Virus record (IMG/VR): IMGVR_UViG_3300010376_000967
Span: 1 to 33,192 of that record
DNA: 33,192 nucleotides
Direction: 5' to 3' (one strand)
Origin: a virus
Taxonomy: Duplodnaviria; Caudoviricetes
Shown here: positions 18,914 to 27,589 of the stretch, piece after piece
How positions within the stretch are numbered: position 1 is the stretch's first letter
How the letters are laid out: each line of letters starts with the position of its first letter
Program-made: the position numbers and the translations under genes
The notes under the pieces: generated by a model
What the model was told of the DNA's origin: nothing
The model's database searches: none
What the model saw: the letters and a program-made list of their open reading frames with translations, nothing else

Positions 18914-19401
18914 CAGTATGCCCCACCATCATAGGTACTTGTCCAAGCAGAGTTTTGGCGAGCGTATATTCCACCATCTGTTGGAGCTTCAGCAATACCT
19001 CCAGCACCACCACTAATCGCTTGCCAAGCTGAACCATCATAAACATGAAAAGAATTGTCAGTAGTTTTTAGCCACATTTCCCCTTGTAACGGACTAGCTG
19101 GAGCAGAAGTCCCAACTGAAGCAACGCCTACACTTGGAACTACTTCCCATTTACTATCCACATAAATATAAAGAGTATTGTTATTCGTATTAAAGAACAG
19201 CCAACCCTCTCCCGGATTAGCTGGCTCTATAGTCCCAACCCAGATGCCACCCTCATTAATAGGATCAGTAGGACCTGGAACAGGTAGAGGGACATTAGGC
19301 GGATACGGAGTATCCGGGGTAGGGACTGTGGTTACTGGAGGAGGAAGATTCTTGGTATAGTAGTCTTGAGGCAACTGCCTCATATATGGCAGAATTGCCA
19401 C
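18913..19401 (-). CDS. Short fiber-like virion protein
   Basis: 162 aa; two copies of a VGTxxPxxPxxGxxW/F-xxT-xxx-xYDxxxW-type repeat plus EAPTDGGIYARQNSAW, motifs typical of phage fibers. Confidence 0.6.
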   Translation of the reverse strand: MAILPYMRQLPQDYYTKNLPPPVTTVPTPDTPYPPNVPLPVPGPTDPINEGGIWVGTIEPANPGEGWLFFNTNNNTLYIYVDSKWEVVPSVGVASVGTSAPASPLQGEMWLKTTDNSFHVYDGSAWQAISGGAGGIAEAPTDGGIYARQNSAWTSTYDGGAY

Positions 19402-19527
19402 TTACTTCCCCTTAGAAGGGTTGGACCCACAACCGGGTGATTTAGGTGGTTTCGGTTTCGGCATAGGAGTCCCTTTGCCTTGTGGACCACCTGGTTTATT
19501 GACTGGAGAGCAGGGTTCTGTTGCCAT
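19402..19527 (-). CDS. 41-aa Pro/Lys/Gly-rich peptide
   Basis: Not in track. MATEPCSPVNKPGGPQGKGTPMPKPKPPKSPGCGSNPSKGK; TGATG overlap upstream, GGAGG nearby, and stop abuts the next GTG start. Confidence 0.55.
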   Translation of the reverse strand: MATEPCSPVNKPGGPQGKGTPMPKPKPPKSPGCGSNPSKGK

Positions 19528-19688
19528 CAGTGAAAGGCCCTCCCTAAGCCTCCGATAAGTTCAGAGGCAATCCAAAAGGCGATTGCAGCCCATCCAAAGT
19601 TCCATCGGCCTTGCCCTTCCATGATTACCGCAGCAATCACAGCAAAGACAAAGGCAAAAGCTAGACAGATCAAGCCAACATTCTGCAT
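19527..19688 (-). CDS. 53-aa two-helix membrane protein
   Basis: Not in track. MQNVGLICLAFAFVFAVIAAVIMEGQGRWNFGWAAIAFWIASELIGGLGRAFH; GGAG RBS; fills the intergenic gap exactly. Confidence 0.7.
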   Translation of the reverse strand: MQNVGLICLAFAFVFAVIAAVIMEGQGRWNFGWAAIAFWIASELIGGLGRAFH

Positions 19689-19689
19689 G

Positions 19690-20187
19690 TTACTTCTCCG
19701 TCCAGGCTTTGAAGCTACGCATATAGAGAGTCGTATCTACGAAACTTGGTCGAGGAGCAGCTCCTTTCTTAAAGGCATCCGCCCGTAAGTGAGAAACTCC
19801 TCTTTGTGCAGCCCTAGTAGGGACTCCTCGAATAACCCCATCATATTTACGACCTGTCAAAGATCGCCTAAACTTACCCTCCAATGGAGTGGCATCCCAA
19901 TCATAATCCCAAGGCCCACCCATCATTCCTTGTACCATGCCAGTCGCTATAGACCCTTCAACATTATCAACAATAAAATCTTCTTCCATGCCATAGAATG
20001 TTTCCAAAAGACTATACTTCTTTTCTAATTCTTCTGCAACCTGTCCAACTGTTTTACCTGCTCCATAAGAATGCTGATGAGCAGACAATGTCTTTGGTCG
20101 TCTTCTTTTTAATGTGGCAGATATCGGAGATTGCTGCGAATATCGAGCAGCATAAGGAACATTATCAAACCCAAACTGGATCTTCAT
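19690..20187 (-). CDS. Neck / virion morphogenesis protein
   Basis: Likely start is ATG 20187 (MKIQFGF; ATGA overlap with the upstream stop). C-terminus PRPSFVDTTLYMRSF; position in the neck cluster. Confidence 0.55.
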   Translation of the reverse strand: MKIQFGFDNVPYAARYSQQSPISATLKRRRPKTLSAHQHSYGAGKTVGQVAEELEKKYSLLETFYGMEEDFIVDNVEGSIATGMVQGMMGGPWDYDWDATPLEGKFRRSLTGRKYDGVIRGVPTRAAQRGVSHLRADAFKKGAAPRPSFVDTTLYMRSFKAWTEK

Positions 20188-20693
20188 ACTGTAAGACCCC
20201 AGATCGGTCCCCACTGACCAGCAAACATGAGATAGGCTCGACCCCAAGGGGTTTTCAGCAGTTGTAGTCCCCACAGTGTTAGACCAGCAAACTGGGGAAG
20301 TATGTACATCCCCTCCCCAGTTCCCTGATCATGAGCTTCATTCGTAATACCACCTGTGAAGTTATAAATACCGAATTTATTCCGCAAATCTTGCCAATAA
20401 GTAGAATTGGGGTTATCAATTGCCCATTCAATTAGAATTGCTCCTCCCAGGTTGTAGACTGCCTGGGCATAGATAGTCATTGTAGTAGACTGGCTCGGAA
20501 CGCTCTTTAATCCTAGATAAGCAAGATTTATAGCTTCATCAAAGGCCATTTGGAGCGTGACATCTCCCGGCATAGCCGTAAGAGGAACACCCATAACAGC
20601 CTGAACCCACGCCTTGAATCCATCAAACGTAGGATCTCCAGGCGGGATTACAACAGGCAGATCAGCTTGAGGTGCTACCGCTGTATCAGCCAC
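20184..20693 (-). CDS. Head-tail adaptor (DUF4054-like)
   Basis: 169 aa, AVYNLGG...LQLLKTPWGRAYL; second gene after the major capsid gene. Confidence 0.6.
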   Translation of the reverse strand: MADTAVAPQADLPVVIPPGDPTFDGFKAWVQAVMGVPLTAMPGDVTLQMAFDEAINLAYLGLKSVPSQSTTMTIYAQAVYNLGGAILIEWAIDNPNSTYWQDLRNKFGIYNFTGGITNEAHDQGTGEGMYILPQFAGLTLWGLQLLKTPWGRAYLMFAGQWGPIWGLTV

Positions 20694-21225
20694 GACGCCC
20701 GCGTTTTCCTATTGATACAACGCCTTCTTGAGCAGTCCGAGTAACCCGAACTCCTTCGGCCAAATGGTCTAGATCTTCGGAATATCCACCACGAGGTTCT
20801 TCCTCCTGGAAACTCATTTCCAACTCACGCAGCGGAGCCCCGATTTGTTCCTCAATCTGAGAATTCACTGCCAGTGCAGCTTCCTGTCGCAATTTCTGGC
20901 CGAATTTGTTGAGATCTTCTTCTTTTCTTTTCATCCCCTTATGCAACTTGTCTACAGGAATAGCCTTTCCGATAGAATAGACAAGTCCGCTGAATGGGCT
21001 GCTCTTTGAATCCAACTCTTCCAAAGATAAGAGCCCATATGTCTTATGTTGATTAAGAATCGCTTCAATTTCTGGTGTAGCCAAATCGGTATTATAACCA
21101 TTCGGCGAAACACGAATTTGTCCACCAATAGGAATCGTTTGGGTGACTACACCCTGTCTTTCCGGTGTACGATAAGCAAACATCTGAATTTGCTTAGACA
21201 CGTTCCCAACATATAGTTCTGGCAT
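20686..21225 (-). CDS. Hypothetical head-associated protein
   Basis: Likely start is ATG 21225 (MPELYVGN) after GGAGG; follows the major capsid gene. Confidence 0.6.
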   Translation of the reverse strand: MPELYVGNVSKQIQMFAYRTPERQGVVTQTIPIGGQIRVSPNGYNTDLATPEIEAILNQHKTYGLLSLEELDSKSSPFSGLVYSIGKAIPVDKLHKGMKRKEEDLNKFGQKLRQEAALAVNSQIEEQIGAPLRELEMSFQEEEPRGGYSEDLDHLAEGVRVTRTAQEGVVSIGKRGRRG

Positions 21226-21325
21226 TTTTTCCTCCAAAGAAACCTGCGCCGGACGCTTACAGTCGCCCTGACAGTTTAAAGCACGTCAGTTCGTGCTGAC
21301 GCAGATAGTTCGCTGGGACAAGAAT

Positions 21326-22348
21326 TTACTGATATTGCATCGTGACGATGGTAACTGCCTCCGGACGGACTGCCCATCCGGAAGTAACACGCTGTTCGGC
21401 AAGCACGTCAATTGCCCCTCCCGCGAGAGGCACCGGGATTTCGCGTGGTGCAGCCATATCCGCGAATTGAAGCGTGCAAGCTTCCAACGACGGGGTGAGC
21501 TTTGCGAATTCGTTAGTATTGATCCGCGTACCTTTCGGCTGCTCAACCTCAGGCATAACGATGAGGATTGCGTCATTCCCTCCTGCGCCTTTGCCGATAA
21601 GCGTATCGTCATAGGCCCACACAATGTCATCGTCATTCATTTCCAAAACATCTTTCACCACACCAGCCGTGGAAGTGCTACCAGCACCAACACGCTGATA
21701 GCTGGTAAGCTGAACAATGTTCTGATATTCCATTGCACCGAGCGTGCGTTGCGGACCAACGACCACGAAACGACGACCAATACCAAGTTGATTGGTTCTG
21801 GTCTTAATGGCCTGCACCTGCGAGATCAGGAAAAAGGCCATCTGTCCGTTATCGTAAGTCACCACTGTCGTATTGCCCGCACTATCTGCCGGAAGACTGA
21901 TAGCTGTCGCGCCGCTGGCATTCAACAGACCTTCGCCATTTGCCGGGTTGAACCCGTACAAGAGGCCGTTCCGGATAAGTTGGAACGTAGCCTGTCGCAT
22001 ACCAAGACGATGTGCATCTACGATGCTGAGACCCCATCGTGACATAGCGGCGGTATCGTGATGGTCATATTCTGCACGGACCCGCAAGAGGTACGTTGGA
22101 GCACTGATTTGGGACAGTGCAAAATTGACCCCTGGTAGCTGATTATATGCCGACTGACCAGCCGCCATTCTGGTACGAAGATCTACACGCTTGATATAAG
22201 CATAGAGATCACCGTCTGCCAGCCGAATGAGTGGAGCACCAGACGCCAGGAGCTCGAAAGCACCAGACGCTTGAGAATACGGCATCAAAGTATCAGGCAT
22301 CATGTAAGAGGGATGAACCTGAACGAATGCCGGAGCAATCGAAGCCAT
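21326..22348 (-). CDS. Major capsid protein (HK97 fold, DUF2184-like)
   Basis: 340 aa; AGGAG RBS; long helix AHRLGMRQATFQLIRNGLLYG...EGLLN; C-terminus RVTSGWAVRPEA; follows scaffold and decoration genes. Confidence 0.8.
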   Translation of the reverse strand: MASIAPAFVQVHPSYMMPDTLMPYSQASGAFELLASGAPLIRLADGDLYAYIKRVDLRTRMAAGQSAYNQLPGVNFALSQISAPTYLLRVRAEYDHHDTAAMSRWGLSIVDAHRLGMRQATFQLIRNGLLYGFNPANGEGLLNASGATAISLPADSAGNTTVVTYDNGQMAFFLISQVQAIKTRTNQLGIGRRFVVVGPQRTLGAMEYQNIVQLTSYQRVGAGSTSTAGVVKDVLEMNDDDIVWAYDDTLIGKGAGGNDAILIVMPEVEQPKGTRINTNEFAKLTPSLEACTLQFADMAAPREIPVPLAGGAIDVLAEQRVTSGWAVRPEAVTIVTMQYQ

Positions 22349-22407
22349 GAGTCACTCCTATGGTTAAGGATAAGGCCAGAGAGGCCCCGGCCTTCAGGTT
22401 TAAGAAG

Positions 22408-23025
22408 TTACAGCAGACAGACTGCTGCCGCGTCGTTGTAGGACCAGGTTGTGAGTCCGGTACCAGCATTATAGACCGGGCGCATACATCCTGAAGCCTT
22501 GATTGCCAGAACCTTCACCGCAAGGGCAGTGGTAGCAAATGCGATGATCCTCTGAGCAGAAAAGTCCCAGGATACCTGTGCTGTAATCAATCCACCCTCA
22601 AGGGAAACCAAGGTAGGATCGATTGCCAGAGCAACACGAGCGCCAGAACCAAGGCGATAAAAATTCACCAAACCACCACTTCCAACAGTAGGAACCGGAG
22701 ATTGTGGCGTATTCACCGCAGCATAGTTCTGGTCAAAGACACTGAACCCGGTAAGGTTCGCATAAGCTGTTGCTCGGGCAATAATCCCACCCAAGGCAAC
22801 ATCAGCACGAGTCATCGGTGGTCGCTCTTGCGGAACGTTTTCGCTGATAGCAATGCCACCAAACATCGGCAAGGTTTCCGCTGTAGCAAGCCAACCACCG
22901 GAAAGCGCGAAGCGTGCTGCCGGATCAGGATAGGCGGTTCCGACGATAAGGCCATCGGACTCGATAGTAAACATCCCGGCCGCATTGGTCTGGATGTAGG
23001 GGTTGAAGGCGATATTCGCAACCAT
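22408..23025 (-). CDS. Head decoration / cement protein
   Basis: 205 aa, beta-rich (PMFGGIAISE, VNFYRLGSGARVAL, VSWDF); lies between scaffold and capsid; AAGGA RBS. Confidence 0.6.
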   Translation of the reverse strand: MVANIAFNPYIQTNAAGMFTIESDGLIVGTAYPDPAARFALSGGWLATAETLPMFGGIAISENVPQERPPMTRADVALGGIIARATAYANLTGFSVFDQNYAAVNTPQSPVPTVGSGGLVNFYRLGSGARVALAIDPTLVSLEGGLITAQVSWDFSAQRIIAFATTALAVKVLAIKASGCMRPVYNAGTGLTTWSYNDAAAVCLL

Positions 23026-23057
23026 TGGAATGATCCTTCCTTAGAGTGCGAGGAGGG

Positions 23058-24035
23058 TTACTGAGACGCCAGGGTGCGGAAAGAAGCGACCCTACGGCCC
23101 GGACGACCCATTGCCTTGACGAACGACTCCTTACCATAGAAGACGTTCGAACGCACACCGGTCGTGGGGTCGATCTTCGTAACCATGCGAAGCTCCCCTG
23201 CTTCCAAATCTACAGGATTTGCAGCGGCAGCGGTCGCATCGTTATATACCGTATCCTCAGCAATCTTGAAGGCTGACTCCGGAAGTTCGGAGAATTTTAC
23301 CTTACCCCATGTCGGAGAATGCTTCTTCAGCCTTGTAGCCAACCGTTTCCGGTAGTCGATAAGGGTTTCACCCTCAAGCGGCCTGGGAGCACGTTCCCCA
23401 AAACCGGCGAACACGGCATCGGCCCTTGCCTGAGCATCTGCAAACGCAACATGCTCATCATCGGACCGAGGCTTCATTGCAGCCTGAAGACGTTCGATGA
23501 CCTGCTGTTGGCTGGCAATCTGTTTGCGCAGATCAGCTACGGCGTCAGCCTTAACAGCGTCGTCCTTCTTATCATCGTCATCATCAGACTTCGCTTTTGC
23601 AGCATCATCCTTCTTCTTCGGTGGCGGGAAGGCATCGTCCTTCTTATCGTCGTCATCGTCGTCGTCAGCCTTCTTGGCGTCGTCAGGCTTCTTGTGTTTA
23701 AGCTCGAGTTCCCCATCGTCCTTCTTCACCTTGGGCGGAGGGAAGCCTGCATCAGCCTTTGACGCTCCTTTTTCATCGTCAAGGATTTTAGTCTTGGGAG
23801 CGGTTGTCCCATCATCTTTGCGTTTGTCGTCATCATCGTCGTCGTCGTCGCCCCGAGACGCCGATGCTTTACTGTCTGATTTAGACTTCTTATCGTCATC
23901 ATCGTCTCCTTTGATGATTTTCTTCTCCCCCACCTCAAGAGCGTCCATACGCTTGGTGAGAGCATCCATTTTCGCAATGGCATCGGCCAGCATAGAGTCC
24001 ACGCTGGTCTTGGCGTCGGCTGCTGCTTCAGGCAT
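23058..24035 (-). CDS. Capsid scaffolding protein
   Basis: 325 aa, highly charged with DDDDKKDD repeats and coiled coils; QARADAVF...APRPLEGETLIDYRKRL; follows the protease; GGAGG RBS. Confidence 0.7.
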   Translation of the reverse strand: MPEAAADAKTSVDSMLADAIAKMDALTKRMDALEVGEKKIIKGDDDDDKKSKSDSKASASRGDDDDDDDDKRKDDGTTAPKTKILDDEKGASKADAGFPPPKVKKDDGELELKHKKPDDAKKADDDDDDDKKDDAFPPPKKKDDAAKAKSDDDDDKKDDAVKADAVADLRKQIASQQQVIERLQAAMKPRSDDEHVAFADAQARADAVFAGFGERAPRPLEGETLIDYRKRLATRLKKHSPTWGKVKFSELPESAFKIAEDTVYNDATAAAANPVDLEAGELRMVTKIDPTTGVRSNVFYGKESFVKAMGRPGRRVASFRTLASQ

Positions 24036-24079
24036 CTAAGCCTCCTTTGGTTGCAGCGGATTGCGCTATTCGCGCGGCT

Positions 24080-25162
24080 CTAGCGGACCATGAGGTCCCT
24101 TCTAGTCATGAATTTGTCAAGCCTTTCGGCAAACTTGCTCATGTTATCGGCCAATCCAACAAGACCGGGTGGGATGCTTTGCATCGGCGGAGCCGGAACA
24201 TCACTACCACCATTCACAGGTAAAGATGGATCTGGCAAAATACCACCTTCATCTGGTTTAGCCTCAGAATCAATCCGAATACCACTTGCGTCGCCGCCCT
24301 TATCCCACACACCCTTTTCACATATCGCCAAATGGTCTACAAAACTTGGAGTACCTTCAACGAGGAGGTTGCTTCCATCCTCCATTTCAATAGTGTAATT
24401 GACCTTAGTGTCCCGAAATACCACACTCGGTGATGTGGATAATTCAAAGTCATTTACAGCGATCTGAGCCTTTCTGTCGTAAATCTTAGCAATTCCCCAG
24501 ACTTCATCTCCCTTAATATAGGGTAGGAACATAGTTCCCACCACTCGTTTAGAAAACTCGTCCGAGTTAAGAATTTGAGTACTTGGGTGGTCAAGAATAA
24601 TTGGTATTCCACTGCATCGACGTAGAAATTCAGTGCTAAGATATATGGTGTCACGACGATAAACCCATTCATTAAGTTTTGGTCTGTAACTGAACCCTGT
24701 ACCACTGATCCTCATATCCACCAGCATAACATTTTCAATATACTGTGGTGAAACCAGCTCCCTATCACGAATTGCCTCCGAAAGTTCTAATTCATTCATC
24801 CCTTTCATCTTTCGCAAAGCAATATGGCAACCAGGATGCAAATCCAAACTTTGTGCATGATCTGGGTTCAACCAAACATAAGCATCATGTTCATGATTCA
24901 GTTTAGGGACAAATTCCTCATCACAGTCATATAAAAACGTGGTAAAATCAACATCATCACGAACACGGCGAGTAAGTAATTTTCCAGCATGACCGGTGAG
25001 ATAACCAGTCTCTTCCAAGCATTCTCTAACTGCGCAAGACTCAATTGTCTCACCATCTTTCTTTACACCACCAGGAGTACACCATCCAAGTCCATCTGTA
25101 CGACGGCAGAACAAGCAGTTTCCGTTAGGTGATCTGAATAGAATTCCAGCAGCTATCGTCAT
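24080..25162 (-). CDS. NUDIX hydrolase fused to a DUF2213-like prohead protease
   Basis: Complete Nudix box GVKKDGE-TIESCAV-RECLEETGY; C-terminal domain RISGTG...LDHP...VGT...STSP...DHLAICEKG at the protease position. Confidence 0.8.
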   Translation of the reverse strand: MTIAAGILFRSPNGNCLFCRRTDGLGWCTPGGVKKDGETIESCAVRECLEETGYLTGHAGKLLTRRVRDDVDFTTFLYDCDEEFVPKLNHEHDAYVWLNPDHAQSLDLHPGCHIALRKMKGMNELELSEAIRDRELVSPQYIENVMLVDMRISGTGFSYRPKLNEWVYRRDTIYLSTEFLRRCSGIPIILDHPSTQILNSDEFSKRVVGTMFLPYIKGDEVWGIAKIYDRKAQIAVNDFELSTSPSVVFRDTKVNYTIEMEDGSNLLVEGTPSFVDHLAICEKGVWDKGGDASGIRIDSEAKPDEGGILPDPSLPVNGGSDVPAPPMQSIPPGLVGLADNMSKFAERLDKFMTRRDLMVR

Positions 25163-25548
25163 CCACCCGATACCTCCTTAGGTTGTGGATTAGATGGCTG
25201 CATATTGTCTTTCGTGCGCGGCTTCACCTTTGCCGGTCTGCGCATTGCTCTGCGGCGCTCAAAAGCATCCATTCGTGTTGCAAGTGCATCACACATACTA
25301 ACCAGCTTCTTTATTGGTTCTGCCTCACCTTCCGTAAATCCCATATGTTGGAAATCATCTGGCTTTATGTCTTTTCCAGGGTGCGAAGTAATATGTGCAT
25401 CAGCTTTCGCCCATTCGTCATTCGATACACTGTCAGGTTTTGGAGCACCAGCCATACGATGCGCGATTGCTATCGCTTGTTGCTGCGGATAGCCCTCATG
25501 ACGCAACTTAGAAATCTTCTCACTTATCCATTTTCCTGACTTTGGCAC
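25159..25548 (-). CDS. Small head-associated protein
   Basis: 129 aa, GTG start after AGAGG; ISEKISKLRHEGYPQQQAIAIA helix motif and a scaffold-like DALATRMDAFE motif. Confidence 0.6.
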   Translation of the reverse strand: MPKSGKWISEKISKLRHEGYPQQQAIAIAHRMAGAPKPDSVSNDEWAKADAHITSHPGKDIKPDDFQHMGFTEGEAEPIKKLVSMCDALATRMDAFERRRAMRRPAKVKPRTKDNMQPSNPQPKEVSGG

Positions 25549-25714
25549 GAATTTTCCTCTGTTTAAAGGTTCTTTGGACTATTTCATCCCAACTTTCTTC
25601 CGGTTCTTCCTGTATTTCTAATTTATTCGCTAAAGCAACTAGATCTCTCTCCGAAACTCGGTATCTTTTCCTTAAATAAGCTAAAGATTTCGCAAGCCCA
25701 CTACTGAGAGGCAT
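25520..25714 (-). CDS. Hypothetical protein
   Basis: 64 aa charged ORF overlapping both neighbours and filling the gap after the portal. Confidence 0.45.
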   Translation of the reverse strand: MPLSSGLAKSLAYLRKRYRVSERDLVALANKLEIQEEPEESWDEIVQRTFKQRKIRAKVRKMDK

Positions 25715-27224
25715 TTTTCATGTGTTCCAAGAGCCGAACTACCTGATTTTCTCCAGAATCAGCTCTTGCCATCTTAACTTTTGGAATTTCTGGACGAGGA
25801 TCTTCTGGTTCCATGCCCATTGTCTGCTGTTCATCTCTAAATTTCTGATCTTTCTTCAGTTGTTTCAACAATTTCTGGAAATCAAGTTGAAGTGGACTAG
25901 AATACAGAAGCTTGTTGTTCGTAATTGCGTCTGCAATCCACTGAATTAACCGAGCTTTGTTCTCAGGATCGAATGAAAACTCCAAAATCTGGTAAACTGA
26001 GATCGCAGCTTTCATCTTTGTATCGTCAACCTTCACCTGTTCATGGTCAGGTTCTCTTAAATATGAAGGCCACACGGCAGAATAACTGTTCACCCACTCA
26101 TAAAACGCCTCTCGGTACGTTGTATCCGTATACTTTTCTGGAAAACTCTTCTTTAAACTATTAAAGAAGGCCGGAGTCCAGGCACGGTGCATCACTATAC
26201 GATCTAAAAACCGGTAGACCGGGTCCATGGTTTCCCGGAGTCGGTCCATATAGCGAGCGACCGCTTTTGCGTCTTCCGACCCCTCTCCAAACCCCTCAGC
26301 AAAAGATTCCTGGGTGAGGAGCTTGACTGGCATATCCACGGCATTTGCGATATTTTCTAAGATATTTCTACGAGCAAGAACGTGCGGACCTTCCAAATTC
26401 TGCATATTTAAAGATTCAATCTCTTCTTCAGGTGTAATATTAATGACATTACCGGTTTCTGCCTCTTTTACGATGGCTCTTTTGAATGCCATCGCCCAGG
26501 CCATGATGTTATCGACGAAATTACCGGGTTGTTTAGTCTTCGCAACAAGAACGCCGACTTTTGTTTCGACTAGATCATCTGCTATCAAGCTCTTTATATA
26601 GGATTTAAGAGGAAAGAAAGCGCGCTGATAAGCACTACGGCCGACAAAGCCGAAAGCGGAAGTAGTATAACCAAGATAGATGGGTTTTTCATTGGTCACC
26701 GTCACCGTTCTTGAGGGGTGATAGGCGATTCCACTGATTGCAATCTGGGTATACTTCAAAAAATCCATTGCATTGGGGTTCTGGTTTAGAACCAAGCTTC
26801 CAGCAGTGTTAAGAGGATCAAGAATATTGAAGCTAATATTAAGGTCGGGAAGGTCCCAATAATTGATCGGATCATTGCTCCTCATTCCATCTACTAGAAG
26901 GGCGATACTAGCCACGCCATAAATGCGACTAACAGTAAGTAGATTATGAACAAGAAAATCGCCGCCAATAGCCTTCCATTCCTCACCAAAGGCTTCCACG
27001 CAACGTTCACCAGGACTGTCCGGAACCTTGATATCCCGTTTCTGGGACATTGCAAGGCTGACAGGTCCTTCGGTAATGCGTGCTCCCAGCGGATGATAAA
27101 GATAGATTTCCTTACAAGTCTGGTAACTGACAACATCCCCAGGCGTAATGTCGGGAGCTACCAAAAGCTCCTGCAAAGCATTACCAGGAACAGTTCCTAC
27201 TGCACTGCTAGGAACAATGGTCAT
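25701..27224 (-). CDS. Portal protein (DUF1073-like)
   Basis: 507 aa, YLYHPLGARI...SRIYG...DPLN...YHPSR...GRS...IANAVDMPVKLL...GEGSED; position between terminase and protease. Confidence 0.8.
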   Translation of the reverse strand: MTIVPSSAVGTVPGNALQELLVAPDITPGDVVSYQTCKEIYLYHPLGARITEGPVSLAMSQKRDIKVPDSPGERCVEAFGEEWKAIGGDFLVHNLLTVSRIYGVASIALLVDGMRSNDPINYWDLPDLNISFNILDPLNTAGSLVLNQNPNAMDFLKYTQIAISGIAYHPSRTVTVTNEKPIYLGYTTSAFGFVGRSAYQRAFFPLKSYIKSLIADDLVETKVGVLVAKTKQPGNFVDNIMAWAMAFKRAIVKEAETGNVINITPEEEIESLNMQNLEGPHVLARRNILENIANAVDMPVKLLTQESFAEGFGEGSEDAKAVARYMDRLRETMDPVYRFLDRIVMHRAWTPAFFNSLKKSFPEKYTDTTYREAFYEWVNSYSAVWPSYLREPDHEQVKVDDTKMKAAISVYQILEFSFDPENKARLIQWIADAITNNKLLYSSPLQLDFQKLLKQLKKDQKFRDEQQTMGMEPEDPRPEIPKVKMARADSGENQVVRLLEHMKNASQ

Positions 27225-27589
27225 GGGGCAGTGGTCAAGCTAAATGTCAAACCAGCAGGACAACTCAACACGAAAACACCGGCAGTAAATGGAATACTAC
27301 CGGTGACAACGCCTTGCGGCCATGTAGGAGCAGTCAACCCTGGAGCCATGCTTGGTCCAGTTGGCTTTATTCCAAACAGGAATGTCAATGCTGGCATAGC
27401 AGCATTGAATAGAGTACGAAAGAATCCCACAGGAGAAGCAGGAGCAGCGGCAGCATCGATCAAGGTCAACGGAGTTGACCAATCAGTCCCAGCTACAGGC
27501 TGAGTTACGGTAAGACCTGTGATCTTAGTATCCGCAGCCGTAGCAAGCTTCGTACCAATGCTCGCAGTAGTAACAGAGACAACTGTCAT
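27221..27589 (-). CDS. Hypothetical Thr/Ala/Pro-rich beta protein (possible virion decoration)
   Basis: 122 aa; ATGA overlaps on both sides. Confidence 0.6.
   Translation of the reverse strand: MTVVSVTTASIGTKLATAADTKITGLTVTQPVAGTDWSTPLTLIDAAAAPASPVGFFRTLFNAAMPALTFLFGIKPTGPSMAPGLTAPTWPQGVVTGSIPFTAGVFVLSCPAGLTFSLTTAP

Noticed and set aside
21293-22042. 249-aa plus-strand ORF antisense to the capsid gene
   Set aside because: No motifs or RBS; long antisense frames are expected opposite GC-rich, codon-biased genes.
23319-24039. Ser/Phe/Leu-rich plus-strand ORFs (147 and 180 aa)
   Set aside because: They are the reverse-complement reading of the Asp/Lys repeats of the scaffold gene.
25701-27224. 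Possible anti-CBASS Acb1 label often attached to DUF1073 proteins
   Set aside because: No extra C-terminal domain with paired HxT/S 2H-phosphoesterase motifs is visible; size and position fit a plain portal.
26946-27503. 185-aa plus-strand ORF spanning the portal start
   Set aside because: Antisense to two translationally coupled genes, with no recognisable features.
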